From the IMG/VR virus record IMGVR_UViG_3300037067_001811, positions 28,306 to 92,305 of that record: 64,000 nucleotides of DNA; one strand, written 5' to 3'. Both the position numbers and the translations under genes were made by a program. This DNA comes from a virus (Duplodnaviria; Caudoviricetes). Below, one piece after another: positions 34,728 to 44,675 of the stretch (within the stretch, counting starts at the first letter, position 1; the number at the start of each line of letters is the position of its first letter). The notes under the pieces are model-generated. The model ran no database searches and was not told the origin of the DNA. It saw only the letters and a program-made list of their open reading frames with translations.

Positions 34728-37700
34728 ATGCCAGCCAACAAGGAAGAACTTGAGCTAGCGTTCAAGATTGAGATGGAGACCAAAGAGGCTCTTAAGGGCG
34801 TTGCTGGGATTGACAAGGCCCTTAGAGGGATAGTCAACCGCAAGATCAACCTTAAGGGGTTTGATTCCAAGGGGCTTAGGGATTTTAGGAAAGAGGCGGT
34901 TGCGACTGCTAAGGGTATTAACGAGGTTGTTATGTCCATGTCTCCTAAGAATAGGGGAAAGTTGGATAAGGACATCAAGGACGTTGAGCACTCTTACAAG
35001 GAATTGCTAAAAGTTACCCGTAAGGAGAGGCAGAAGGTTGCTAAAGTCGAGAAGACTATCAGTAATTCATCCTCTAAGGAGGAGGAGAAGTCAGCTAGGG
35101 AGGAGTTAATTCGTGTCAAGAAGACTGGTGCAAAGCTTGTTAGTGAGCACAAGAGAAGCTTCCTGAAGTCACGGAGATCTCTCTCGACTCGGATGGCTAA
35201 CGTTGGAGCTCCTGCTGATATTCAGAAGAGAACTGAGAGTGCAAAGAATACTCGAGATTGGGTAGCTCGGGATAAGAGTCAGCAGTCCAAAAAAGATAAG
35301 GATGCACAGGCGTTTGTTGAGGGTATTAAGGGTGGTAACCTTGGTAAGGATATGGCTGAGGGGTTTGGCGATGCCCTGAGTGCTATGAAGGGGAAGGATA
35401 TATTTGGTCTTGCCAAGGCGGGTTACAAGGTCTCAGCTGGCCTCATGAAGGGTGGTGCCCGGGTTTCGATGAGGCATGGGGAGGGTTTGGAGTCTAGGGG
35501 TGTTGCTCGAGCAGGTAAGGGTGGGATAGGGAACAAGGCTATGGGTGGTGCCATGAAGGGCATCGGCAAGGCCATGCAGTCGATTGGACCACTCCTTAAT
35601 TCCTTATCTAAGATCCTACCAATTCTTGGTATGGTTGGCGGAGCTATCTTCAGTTTGGTGAAGCTTTTCCTTGATGCTGATGCTGCTGTCAAGGAGATGA
35701 ACAAGACTGTCTTGGAGGGAGCTGCTACCTGGGACACTTACGCCTCACAGGGTGGTGACGTGGCTATGGGCATGGAGCACCTCGACGATACTCTTAAGAC
35801 GATACGAGATCAGACCACAGATCTCGCGATGAACTTGAGTATGGGGACGACGGCTAAGGAGCATCTGCAATTCCTCAATGTCTTGCAGCGAGAGGGTGTT
35901 ACTATGCAAAAGCAAAAAGCTTACATAGATAACACTAACAAGTCGATTCAAACTAGAATTGAAAAAGTCAGAGATAATAAGGAGGAGGTAGAGAGACTTA
36001 CTGCTAGTATGGCTAAGTACACAGACATCTCTGTGCAGGCCATTCAATACTCTAGGTTGTTCGGGGTATCTCTAGATGAGATTGCTCAATTCCAAGCCGA
36101 GATGATGCAAGAGCTTGGTTCAGGTCTTAGCGACGTATCTAAGGAGTTCTACGCTATTGGTGTTGCTGCAAATGAGTCTGGGATCGCTCAGAACAAGTTC
36201 TTTGCTATGATCAGAGGTGTCTCCTCTGACTTAGGTCTCTACGGTGTTCGCGTTGAAGAAGTTACCAAGATGCTTGGTCAACTTGGTAAGGTGATGAACC
36301 CAAGGACTGCAGAGAAGTACATGAAGTCCTTTGCTCAGGGGATGAAGGGTAAGTCCATAGAGGATCGCTTGAAGGATACCCTAATGGCAGGACCTGAGGG
36401 GGTTAAGCTTATTCAGAAGAACATCGCTAAGCAGAGCGAGGACATGGTCAAGAAGCTTAGGGAGTCAGCAGGACTTGCGAGTGATGAAGAGGCAAAGGCA
36501 CTCTTGAGTGGTGGGTCCATTAAGGGAGCCAAGGGGGAGAAGTTAACCTTAGCTGATTTAGAGAAGCAGGGTAAGACCGGTGGTGCCAGATCCGGCACTA
36601 TGATCGAGGGATTTCAAAGGTTGGATACCGCAGGTAAGCAAGCTAAGAAGGGAGCTTTTGGGGCTTCAATGGCTGCTGAGAACCTTGATGCGATGGGCAC
36701 CAAAGAACTAGGTGTAGATAAACTCAAGAGGCTAACTGGAATGAGTAGCTTCTTGAAGGCCATCGAATCAGGAGATCCCAACAAGATCATGGGTGCTCGG
36801 ACTGCTGCAGGGGGCCAAGATCAACTGGATGCTTATGTTGGGATGGAACGAGCGATCAACCAACAGAAGACAGCTATACTTGACGCTCTTGATAACCCTG
36901 GAGGTAATCCAGAGATTATCAATTACTTGAAGAGCATCAAGAAGTATGACGCGAGCGGTACTGATGCTGCTAGGGAAGCAAACAAGAAGGCTGCTGAGAG
37001 CCTCAGTCAAGACGAACTATGGGCTTCCTTGGATAAGAAGGACGCAAAGAAGGAAGAGACTAATGAACAGGCAATGCTCCGAATGGGTTCTGAGCAGGGT
37101 AATCGCACCATGGGGATCATGTACAAGATGGACAACATCTTTGATGCCCTATTCAACTACATCTATACTCTCCTGACAGACATCTTTGAGGCCATCAAGC
37201 CAATTGGTGGGGGTCTGAAGAAGATGATCTACAAGTCTGGTAATAAAGACCTAATTAAGGCTTGGAGAGAGTCTGGGGGTGATCAGGCCAAGTACATGGG
37301 TTTGCTTGCAGGCTCAGATACTATGAAGGAGGTTGATAGGGTTCTTGGATCTAAGGACCCCAAAGACAAGGAGAAGAAGGAAGCAGTAAAGGAATCCATA
37401 TCCTCTAACTATAAGAATACCTTGGAGCACGGTTTGCAGCTCGATGCAGCATTAGGTAAGTTAGGTATAACAGATGAACAGAAGAGGACTGTTCGGAAGG
37501 GAGCTCATAGTTCAGGGGGCCTAAAAAAGGGTGTTGAGGAGGCTGGGTTAACTGAGGATCAAACTCATACAATTCTCCAGCAGGTAGCACAATGGGATCC
37601 TGATGTTGAAAATAAGACAAAGACTATAGAGGACCTAGGTAAGATCCTGGGAAATAACCAACCTTCAGTTAAGACCGAGAAAGATCAGAAGCCTATCGTA

Positions 37701-38486
37701 GCAGCAGCTTCGGGAGCTACAGATGCTTCAACTTCCGCTCCCGAAGCTCCTCCCGCTCAACAGCAAGCTACCGCTGCCTCAGCTAATCCTGGTGCAGGTG
37801 GAGGGTCTGTAGTTACATCAGCAGCTCCTAAGGGAAGTGGGGGTGCTTCAGGGGGTTGGGATGATCCAGCACCAGGTGCAGGCCCTGCGGGTACCCCTGG
37901 GGGTAACCTACCGACGCCACCTGACGCGAAGGCATTGAATGAAGCTGTCCTTAGTCAGGTTGACTTTACTGGCGGTGCAGTAGTCAACAGCCTCCAAAAC
38001 CTTTGGGATGCCTTGAGGACTAAGGGTATCAAGTTAGATAAGCCACAACTTGAGGGTGAGATTACAAATGCCATCCATAGTGGTACCTACCTAGGAGCCC
38101 AGGATGCACTGGCAGAGTACGCCCTCTATACCGCTACCAATCCTGCCAAGGTCCTTCAGAACATGAAGGGTTCGGGATTTAAGGGTATGTCCGGGTTGGC
38201 TGGATCCCTTGAGGGGCAGATGGATGCGGCAAAGAATCTTAGTAAGAATGCAGCTGGTGGTGTTGTCACCAGTGTTACTGGTGGGATGGCTCAGGTCAAT
38301 CCAGCACCTGGTGAAGGGCTCGCTTCCATTGGACGTGGGGAAAAGATCCTCCCTGCTGGTGCTAATGGAGGGGGTTCAATTACCTTGAATGTGAATGGGA
38401 TCGGAGGGGCAGATCTGGCCAACTTCCTCAAGGAGAAGGTTACTCAAGGGGTCCATGAGTACAAGCGTCGAGAGAAGTTCACCTGA
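34728..38486 (+). CDS. tape measure protein
   Basis: 1252 aa helical Ala/Lys/Gly-rich, hydrophobic stretch ILPILGMVGGAIFSLV, C-terminal AAGGVV...GEKILPA; synteny. Confidence 0.85.
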   Translation: MPANKEELELAFKIEMETKEALKGVAGIDKALRGIVNRKINLKGFDSKGLRDFRKEAVATAKGINEVVMSMSPKNRGKLDKDIKDVEHSYKELLKVTRKERQKVAKVEKTISNSSSKEEEKSAREELIRVKKTGAKLVSEHKRSFLKSRRSLSTRMANVGAPADIQKRTESAKNTRDWVARDKSQQSKKDKDAQAFVEGIKGGNLGKDMAEGFGDALSAMKGKDIFGLAKAGYKVSAGLMKGGARVSMRHGEGLESRGVARAGKGGIGNKAMGGAMKGIGKAMQSIGPLLNSLSKILPILGMVGGAIFSLVKLFLDADAAVKEMNKTVLEGAATWDTYASQGGDVAMGMEHLDDTLKTIRDQTTDLAMNLSMGTTAKEHLQFLNVLQREGVTMQKQKAYIDNTNKSIQTRIEKVRDNKEEVERLTASMAKYTDISVQAIQYSRLFGVSLDEIAQFQAEMMQELGSGLSDVSKEFYAIGVAANESGIAQNKFFAMIRGVSSDLGLYGVRVEEVTKMLGQLGKVMNPRTAEKYMKSFAQGMKGKSIEDRLKDTLMAGPEGVKLIQKNIAKQSEDMVKKLRESAGLASDEEAKALLSGGSIKGAKGEKLTLADLEKQGKTGGARSGTMIEGFQRLDTAGKQAKKGAFGASMAAENLDAMGTKELGVDKLKRLTGMSSFLKAIESGDPNKIMGARTAAGGQDQLDAYVGMERAINQQKTAILDALDNPGGNPEIINYLKSIKKYDASGTDAAREANKKAAESLSQDELWASLDKKDAKKEETNEQAMLRMGSEQGNRTMGIMYKMDNIFDALFNYIYTLLTDIFEAIKPIGGGLKKMIYKSGNKDLIKAWRESGGDQAKYMGLLAGSDTMKEVDRVLGSKDPKDKEKKEAVKESISSNYKNTLEHGLQLDAALGKLGITDEQKRTVRKGAHSSGGLKKGVEEAGLTEDQTHTILQQVAQWDPDVENKTKTIEDLGKILGNNQPSVKTEKDQKPIVAAASGATDASTSAPEAPPAQQQATAASANPGAGGGSVVTSAAPKGSGGASGGWDDPAPGAGPAGTPGGNLPTPPDAKALNEAVLSQVDFTGGAVVNSLQNLWDALRTKGIKLDKPQLEGEITNAIHSGTYLGAQDALAEYALYTATNPAKVLQNMKGSGFKGMSGLAGSLEGQMDAAKNLSKNAAGGVVTSVTGGMAQVNPAPGEGLASIGRGEKILPAGANGGGSITLNVNGIGGADLANFLKEKVTQGVHEYKRREKFT

Positions 38487-39181
38487 TGGCTTACATACCT
38501 TCTGCAAATCAGTCTAACTTTGATGCCCTAGAGGGCCCTGGTCTCCCCAATTATACCCATGGGGCAGATACTCGAAGTCACTACATACCTCTAGCATTTC
38601 AGGTTACAAGTCCCTATGACATGAGGAAGGCGCTATTACCTCATGCTCTCATTCTGCACGTGAATCCAAGTAGCTTTGCTGAGACCTTCAACAAAAAGGT
38701 TGAGAGGATTCAGACTTTAGGTGGGTTCGTTGAGCAGCATTGGGGGGATGACCTCTCAGAGATCTCCGCAGACCAGTCGACGGGGGCCTTCATCAACCTC
38801 TACACAGGTCTGTCTTCAATGCTTCGTCAGAGGACTATTGCTTGGGATAGGTATCGAGATCTCTACGACTTGTTCAGAAATAATGGGAGTGTCTACGATC
38901 CGTTTGGGACTATTGTACTTCAGGGGTGGATCCTTCTGATCTATGACCGTGGTACTTATGTTGGGACGTTTAGGACCTTCTCTGTTGAGGAGACTGACGA
39001 CTCACCCTTTGCATTCAAGATCAACTGGACTTTCAAGGTTGAGAAGATCCTTCAGCAAGTACCTCAGAACTCAGTGCGGTTGAATCAGAGAGTAGCCAAC
39101 TTTCAAAGAGGGAATGGGACTACTAATAACGCTCTCTACCCACCAGCTGGAACGGCAATAGCCCAGCCGAAGAAGACCTAA
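38486..39181 (+). CDS. tail tube initiator / baseplate protein
   Basis: LHVNPSS...ERIQTLGGFVEQHWG...G.F..FS..E....PF......F.V tube-like fold; follows tape measure. Confidence 0.7.
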   Translation: MAYIPSANQSNFDALEGPGLPNYTHGADTRSHYIPLAFQVTSPYDMRKALLPHALILHVNPSSFAETFNKKVERIQTLGGFVEQHWGDDLSEISADQSTGAFINLYTGLSSMLRQRTIAWDRYRDLYDLFRNNGSVYDPFGTIVLQGWILLIYDRGTYVGTFRTFSVEETDDSPFAFKINWTFKVEKILQQVPQNSVRLNQRVANFQRGNGTTNNALYPPAGTAIAQPKKT

Positions 39182-39185
39182 GGTC

Positions 39186-41270
39186 ATGGCAGAGAAGAAA
39201 CCAAACACCCCACAGAGCCCCTCGACACTCCAGGACAACACTTTTGCCCCAGTGAGTAATGGGAACTCAATTGCTAACCCGAGACCCGCAGAACTCAAGG
39301 GTGGTAGTGATAGGATTCTCAATCAGATAGAGCAGACGGCTGACTACTACGGCCCAATGATCTATCAGAATCTATCGTTCTTCTCTTCGTTAGAGCTCAG
39401 TAACGACGAGAACTTGGATTTCATTCCTGTATCCCAGACGAAGTCCAACCCAAAGCTATTTGTCATTGGGTTAATCCCACCCTCCACAACTATCAGTGGG
39501 AGACTTTTAGATCGATCAGCTTCAGTTGGTAGGGTTACTGGGAACCCTGACCAATCTCTTGACTTTGGAGGTAAGCCTTCAGAGGCATCCGGCGGTACTC
39601 TTAGTGTAGGCGGGGACATCAGTCTCTCGACCCTGAGTCCAAGTGAAATTAGCAACGGGGGCATAGTAACCTCTGCTGGGTACCAGATCAAGCAGGGTAC
39701 CGGAGTCCCAAATAGGGACATTCCATTTCCTCCTGGTATGAAAAACCCTAATGGTGAACGTGGAGCTCACCCAGGACTCAGTATCCCTCAAGTCTATAGT
39801 GCAATAAGAAGCGCTTACTTGGAACTCAATGGTAAAGAGGGTACCCCTACTGAGTTGCAGTTTTATACTGCTCAATGCTTAAGGGAAACTGGAGGAGCAC
39901 CTTGGAACAATAACTTTGGTTTCATGGTTAATTACGGGACGACCCCACCCGCTAGTGGGAATTACTTTCTAGGTCCACCTGAACCCAAGGCGAAACCACC
40001 AGCCCCTAACGGAAAGTACTACAAGACATTTGACACCACTACTGCGGGAGCCAAAGCTTTTGTTGCTCACTTAACTAAGAACAAGAATGTTGTTGCAGCC
40101 GCTCAGGGGGGTGACGCCCTAGGGTACATGACTTCGTTAGCTCAAACTGGGTATTACGAAGCTTCTGTTGATGTCTACTACACTGGGACTAAAGGGAGCC
40201 CTCCGAAGGGATTCTTCCCAGCTATGTTGACTAACGTATCTAGAGCAATGGCTGGGTACGGTGTTACATTAGGTGATGGTTTGGATCTTCCAAAACACCC
40301 TCCTAAGTGTTGCGCTTTTGGGGAGGAACAAGCTAAGTATCGAGAAAGAGTAGCGCCTAATGGAAAGGGGTTGAAAGCCAATAACCTCAATCGATTCATG
40401 GCTGGGTCAAACTATGACGAGAACTGCAAGCTTCTAACTCAAGCACCTCAAGTCCAACCCGATACTAATGAGGGGTGGAAGGATCAAGGTTCCGCCAATG
40501 CGAGTGCTTCGGTTAAGGAGGAGAGCAGTGTTGTTGGTCTTGAGGACTTGAATAAGAGTGAGCTTGGGAAGAAGTTCATGGCGGCTCAGGCTCTTGAGAT
40601 CCTAGCTACTACGCTTCAACTAAATCAGATGAAGAACACCCCACCCTTGAGGTTGATGGTCAACCCGATCACCTTCAAGGTTAGCTCAGAGAAGATCATC
40701 TCTGATGGTGGTTTCACTCGAGAAGGTCCAATCATCGAGCATTGGGGTGAGCAGCAAGATAAGATTGAGGCGTCCGGGAAGTTGGCTGCGTTCATGGCAG
40801 TAGACGGTAGACCCTCAGAGGAGGGTGCTGCTCTTGGGGGTCCTGGTCTTACTAGGGTAGCTAGGAACTTCACTGCTAGCTACCAGAACTTCTTGAGTCT
40901 TTATCTCCTCTACCGTAACAATGGTGGGTTGTACACTCAGGGTCTTGAAGGCAATCTACTAACGAGGCTTTCCTTAGTCGGGTCCATCTACATTTACTAT
41001 GACAGTACCCTCTACATCGGGTCCTTTGATAGCTTTAACATCACCGAGACGGACTCTAATCCATACTCATTGGAGTATGACTTCTCTTTCACGGTTAGGG
41101 CTACGTTCACTCTGGATAGTCCGACTGAGGATGACTACAACGTCAAGAAGATATTTCAACCTGATCCGGCAATGCGAAGTTCGGATAAGCAGTTCTCTCC
41201 TCAGTTGATTACTGATTCAGGCGGCGGTCTCGTATCACTACCTCCTGGTTTCACTGGAGTTAAATCCTAA
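39186..41270 (+). CDS. baseplate/tube-initiator paralogue carrying a GH73/FlgJ-like peptidoglycan hydrolase domain
   Basis: AQCLRETG...NNNFG...YKTFDT...G.KAF...L...LAQTGYY; C-terminal LMVNP...EHWG domain paralogous to ORF 38486. Confidence 0.7.
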   Translation: MAEKKPNTPQSPSTLQDNTFAPVSNGNSIANPRPAELKGGSDRILNQIEQTADYYGPMIYQNLSFFSSLELSNDENLDFIPVSQTKSNPKLFVIGLIPPSTTISGRLLDRSASVGRVTGNPDQSLDFGGKPSEASGGTLSVGGDISLSTLSPSEISNGGIVTSAGYQIKQGTGVPNRDIPFPPGMKNPNGERGAHPGLSIPQVYSAIRSAYLELNGKEGTPTELQFYTAQCLRETGGAPWNNNFGFMVNYGTTPPASGNYFLGPPEPKAKPPAPNGKYYKTFDTTTAGAKAFVAHLTKNKNVVAAAQGGDALGYMTSLAQTGYYEASVDVYYTGTKGSPPKGFFPAMLTNVSRAMAGYGVTLGDGLDLPKHPPKCCAFGEEQAKYRERVAPNGKGLKANNLNRFMAGSNYDENCKLLTQAPQVQPDTNEGWKDQGSANASASVKEESSVVGLEDLNKSELGKKFMAAQALEILATTLQLNQMKNTPPLRLMVNPITFKVSSEKIISDGGFTREGPIIEHWGEQQDKIEASGKLAAFMAVDGRPSEEGAALGGPGLTRVARNFTASYQNFLSLYLLYRNNGGLYTQGLEGNLLTRLSLVGSIYIYYDSTLYIGSFDSFNITETDSNPYSLEYDFSFTVRATFTLDSPTEDDYNVKKIFQPDPAMRSSDKQFSPQLITDSGGGLVSLPPGFTGVKS

Positions 41271-41272
41271 TC

Positions 41273-44200
41273 ATGCCACGTGGACCATTTCAAGGTAACT
41301 TCGCACCCAATGCTAGGCCGACTATCATCACGGCTCCTGATGCCATGGTGTTCATCAACGGTGAGACTGATATCATTGGTTGTTCGAGTTGCAAGAGGAA
41401 GTTTGATCTAGGGAAGTACATCACTCAGATTCAAGTTAGCCTTGGAGTGGATAGTGTACCGGGTACTGCTAGCGTGAGTATGACTATACCTACTCACATA
41501 GTGGATGACTTCTACTTCGATGGAAACCCTATTCTCACTCCAATGATGGAGATTGAGATCTACTCTAAGGGGTACTACCTTCTTGAGGGTATTCCACAAT
41601 ACTACCCAATATTCTGGGGGATTGTAACTGAAGTAGGTACTGCCTACTCCTCTGGGGAGCATACGGTTACGGTTCAATGTGCAGATATCCTGAAGTGGTG
41701 GGAGATCTGCATGATGAATGTCAGTCCTGCTTTTCAGGCTCCTTCTGGGCAACTTGGTAGATCGATCTTTGGTAATACCCTCTACGGTACTAACGTCTAT
41801 GACCTAATCTACACTCTGTCCAACATGGCTTTTGGGGATATCATCATAGCAACTGGTTCCCTTACTGCCCTGAAGAAGGAAGAGGCTCAGAAGCAGACGT
41901 TCAATGCAGCCCTTGGGGACATCATGCAATACTGGGCCAGTCGGTTCAGTAAGATCCGGTCAAGCCTACTACTTTACGGGGTCAATGGGATTGCTGTTCG
42001 AGGTGACTCTATTGCCCATGCTTACAAGTCTGGGAAAGTAACGCCTGGTGTACAATCTATTGCTAATGCTGTACGCAATGCTAACGGTGGTGATTCAGCA
42101 GCTCAGCTCGTGTTCGACCCCACTGATCCAGACGTAACTGCATTTAGGACGCAATTCTCAGCGGCAGGGGAGGTGGACTTCTGGCAGTCTAACTACCAGA
42201 CCAAGCTAGAGATTGCCAACTCATGTAAGACTGCAGTTGGGTTTGAGTTCTACATGGACGTGACGGGGGATATTGTCTTCAAGCCTCCTTTCTTTAATCT
42301 GGACATTCTCTCCAACAAGCCCATTTCTTGGATCCAGCCAATCGATATCATTGACTACGATATCACTGATTCTGAGTCTGGTGTTGTTACTCAGCTTACT
42401 ATCCAAGGTAGTTACGGTGGTAACATCGACTATGGATTTGGGCCAGAGATCACGCCTGTAACTAGTGTGACAGATTACCATCTCCTTCGAAAGTATGGTT
42501 GGAGATCTCGCCCGTACAACTCAGAGTTCATGGGGGACACCACAAGGATGTTCTACCATGGGTTAGATGTCCTTGATAGGATCAATTCAGACCGCATTCA
42601 GATGACGGTAAGTATACCTCACCGTCCAGAGCTCCGCCTGGGCTTCCCGGTATACATATCCCATTTAGACCAGATTTGGTATGTGAAGGGGATCAGTCAT
42701 ACCATTGCTTTTGGGGGGAGAGCTCAGACTCAGTTGAGCTTGACCGCTAGAAGGCAGAAGTTCTTAGCCCCAAAGGGGATCTCTACTCTCCATACCAATG
42801 GAGTGAAGGAGGACGCCACTGCCAACCCTAACACTAAGAGTTCCTCCTCAAAGGTCAGTCAAAAACCCTCAGGTAAGGCTAAGGAACCGCTGACTATACG
42901 GCAGTTGGCTAAGTCCTCGTTTAGGTTGGATCTCGGGGATGCTGCCACAATCCCTCCAGTCAATTTCAACCCTGATGATCCAAAGTCGTTAGATCCTTAC
43001 GCTCCCCTTGTTCTTCGACACCCGAAGAGCGGTAAGATCATGGGTTACCCCAATGTGGTAATGGTCTACGCTCGACCTTATGATCCGAAGGGTAGTTTCA
43101 CAACAGTAGCTGGAGAGAAGAAGCCTGGGGAGAATCCGATGGTCCCCAAGGCGAACAAGGGTTCTGTTACTGAGAGGCAAGAGGTAAACTTGGCGGCTGA
43201 GGAAGCTTTGATCAGCCCGGACAAGACCTTAGGTCTGAGTAATAAGTATGCCCACAATCGATTCTCTTATGGGTTAAATTCAGCTGGTGTCTACGTTTAC
43301 GCTCAGGACATGGGAAAGGTTATCACTCAGTTTGCCTTACTCCCGTTCAAGAATATCGCAGTAACTCAGAACGGATCAACCGCAAAGTTTGGGGATACTA
43401 CCATCAAACTAGAGAACCCAAATACAATGGTTCGACCTGTTTCGGATGAACGTGGGTTTGAAGTCATCGGTCATTTCCGATATGGACGAGGGGTATCCCT
43501 ACGTGATGGTTCCTTGGTTTTCAACGAAGGAAGTAACAATACTAAAGCTAATGTGGGTACTCAACTTGCGCTTGGCGGGGACTTGTTCGCTACCCTGACA
43601 GCACAGTCCCAGGGTTTGACTTCGATAAGCTCAGCTTACTCCAACCCAGCAGATACGGTGGCTCGTCTGCTCCCTGAGGATCTCCAAACCTCTGCCGCTC
43701 TCACTACTGGTGCTACAGGGATCACAGTACCCGCTTTCTCAAATACAGGTACTAACTTTGTGGATGTTGCGCCGCTAGGGTCACCTCAGGATAAGGGTTT
43801 CCCGACGAGCATAGAGGCTTCTCAGCTCTCTAGGGCCCTGACCTTAGCTGAGATGACTGTTCGATCAGATCAGACTCCAGGGTCTAGTAACTGTCAGTGT
43901 CAGACAGGCAGAGGGGACTTAGCCTTCATCAGTGTAGGTTATCAATTAGCCCCCATCAACCCTTCTGTCCCCACCTCAGGGGAGACTCTCTACGGAAGTA
44001 ATACTCGGCAGCTTACCGGGGATAACATACCTCAAGCGATACTTGATAGTGCTAACGCAGATCGAGAGACTAGGGCAAGTACCTTCAATCCATTACCTCC
44101 TACCCTAAAGGGTACTGACTTAGTGGATAAGGTAGAGAGCTACCTTTGGAAGCTCTATCAGAGTTTGGATGAGCCTCATCAGAGACTTGAGAACCAACTC

Positions 44201-44671
44201 CGTGGAGACCCCTCTGGACTCGAGCCTGATATTCGTCAAGTCCCCGACCTATTCACTGATGTAGAGGGGACAGTCGAGACACGAGCTTACGTGGACCTGT
44301 TCACGAACAGGGACCAAGACAACGCTTTTGGGAACTTCTCCCCACCTTTCTCTTCTTCAAATAGAGCGGCCCTTGGGGATCCTACTGCTACAGCTCAACA
44401 AGCGGTGTCATCTAAGTCAGACATTGCACAGTCCTTCCAAAGCTTTGGGGTGAACCTAAGGAAGAACACTAAAAAAGCTCAATTGACTCAGGAGATTGCC
44501 GATCTAAACGCTGAAATAGCTCGATTGAATAGTCGTCTTGCTTCAGTGACTCCCACCCCAGGTTTGGTGTCAATCACAGGCGGTGATACTCCTGAGAGCC
44601 TTCAAAAACAGATTGCTACAGCAAAGCAATCCATGACCAATAAGCAAACTGAGCTTGCTCTGATCGGGTAA
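41273..44671 (+). CDS. baseplate hub protein (T4 gp27/Mu gp44-like) with long C-terminal extension
   Basis: FEFYMD..G.IVFKPPF, KYGWR, RPELRLGFPV...YV.GISH...G....T.L.L. Confidence 0.75.
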   Translation: MPRGPFQGNFAPNARPTIITAPDAMVFINGETDIIGCSSCKRKFDLGKYITQIQVSLGVDSVPGTASVSMTIPTHIVDDFYFDGNPILTPMMEIEIYSKGYYLLEGIPQYYPIFWGIVTEVGTAYSSGEHTVTVQCADILKWWEICMMNVSPAFQAPSGQLGRSIFGNTLYGTNVYDLIYTLSNMAFGDIIIATGSLTALKKEEAQKQTFNAALGDIMQYWASRFSKIRSSLLLYGVNGIAVRGDSIAHAYKSGKVTPGVQSIANAVRNANGGDSAAQLVFDPTDPDVTAFRTQFSAAGEVDFWQSNYQTKLEIANSCKTAVGFEFYMDVTGDIVFKPPFFNLDILSNKPISWIQPIDIIDYDITDSESGVVTQLTIQGSYGGNIDYGFGPEITPVTSVTDYHLLRKYGWRSRPYNSEFMGDTTRMFYHGLDVLDRINSDRIQMTVSIPHRPELRLGFPVYISHLDQIWYVKGISHTIAFGGRAQTQLSLTARRQKFLAPKGISTLHTNGVKEDATANPNTKSSSSKVSQKPSGKAKEPLTIRQLAKSSFRLDLGDAATIPPVNFNPDDPKSLDPYAPLVLRHPKSGKIMGYPNVVMVYARPYDPKGSFTTVAGEKKPGENPMVPKANKGSVTERQEVNLAAEEALISPDKTLGLSNKYAHNRFSYGLNSAGVYVYAQDMGKVITQFALLPFKNIAVTQNGSTAKFGDTTIKLENPNTMVRPVSDERGFEVIGHFRYGRGVSLRDGSLVFNEGSNNTKANVGTQLALGGDLFATLTAQSQGLTSISSAYSNPADTVARLLPEDLQTSAALTTGATGITVPAFSNTGTNFVDVAPLGSPQDKGFPTSIEASQLSRALTLAEMTVRSDQTPGSSNCQCQTGRGDLAFISVGYQLAPINPSVPTSGETLYGSNTRQLTGDNIPQAILDSANADRETRASTFNPLPPTLKGTDLVDKVESYLWKLYQSLDEPHQRLENQLRGDPSGLEPDIRQVPDLFTDVEGTVETRAYVDLFTNRDQDNAFGNFSPPFSSSNRAALGDPTATAQQAVSSKSDIAQSFQSFGVNLRKNTKKAQLTQEIADLNAEIARLNSRLASVTPTPGLVSITGGDTPESLQKQIATAKQSMTNKQTELALIG

Positions 44672-44675
44672 TCCA

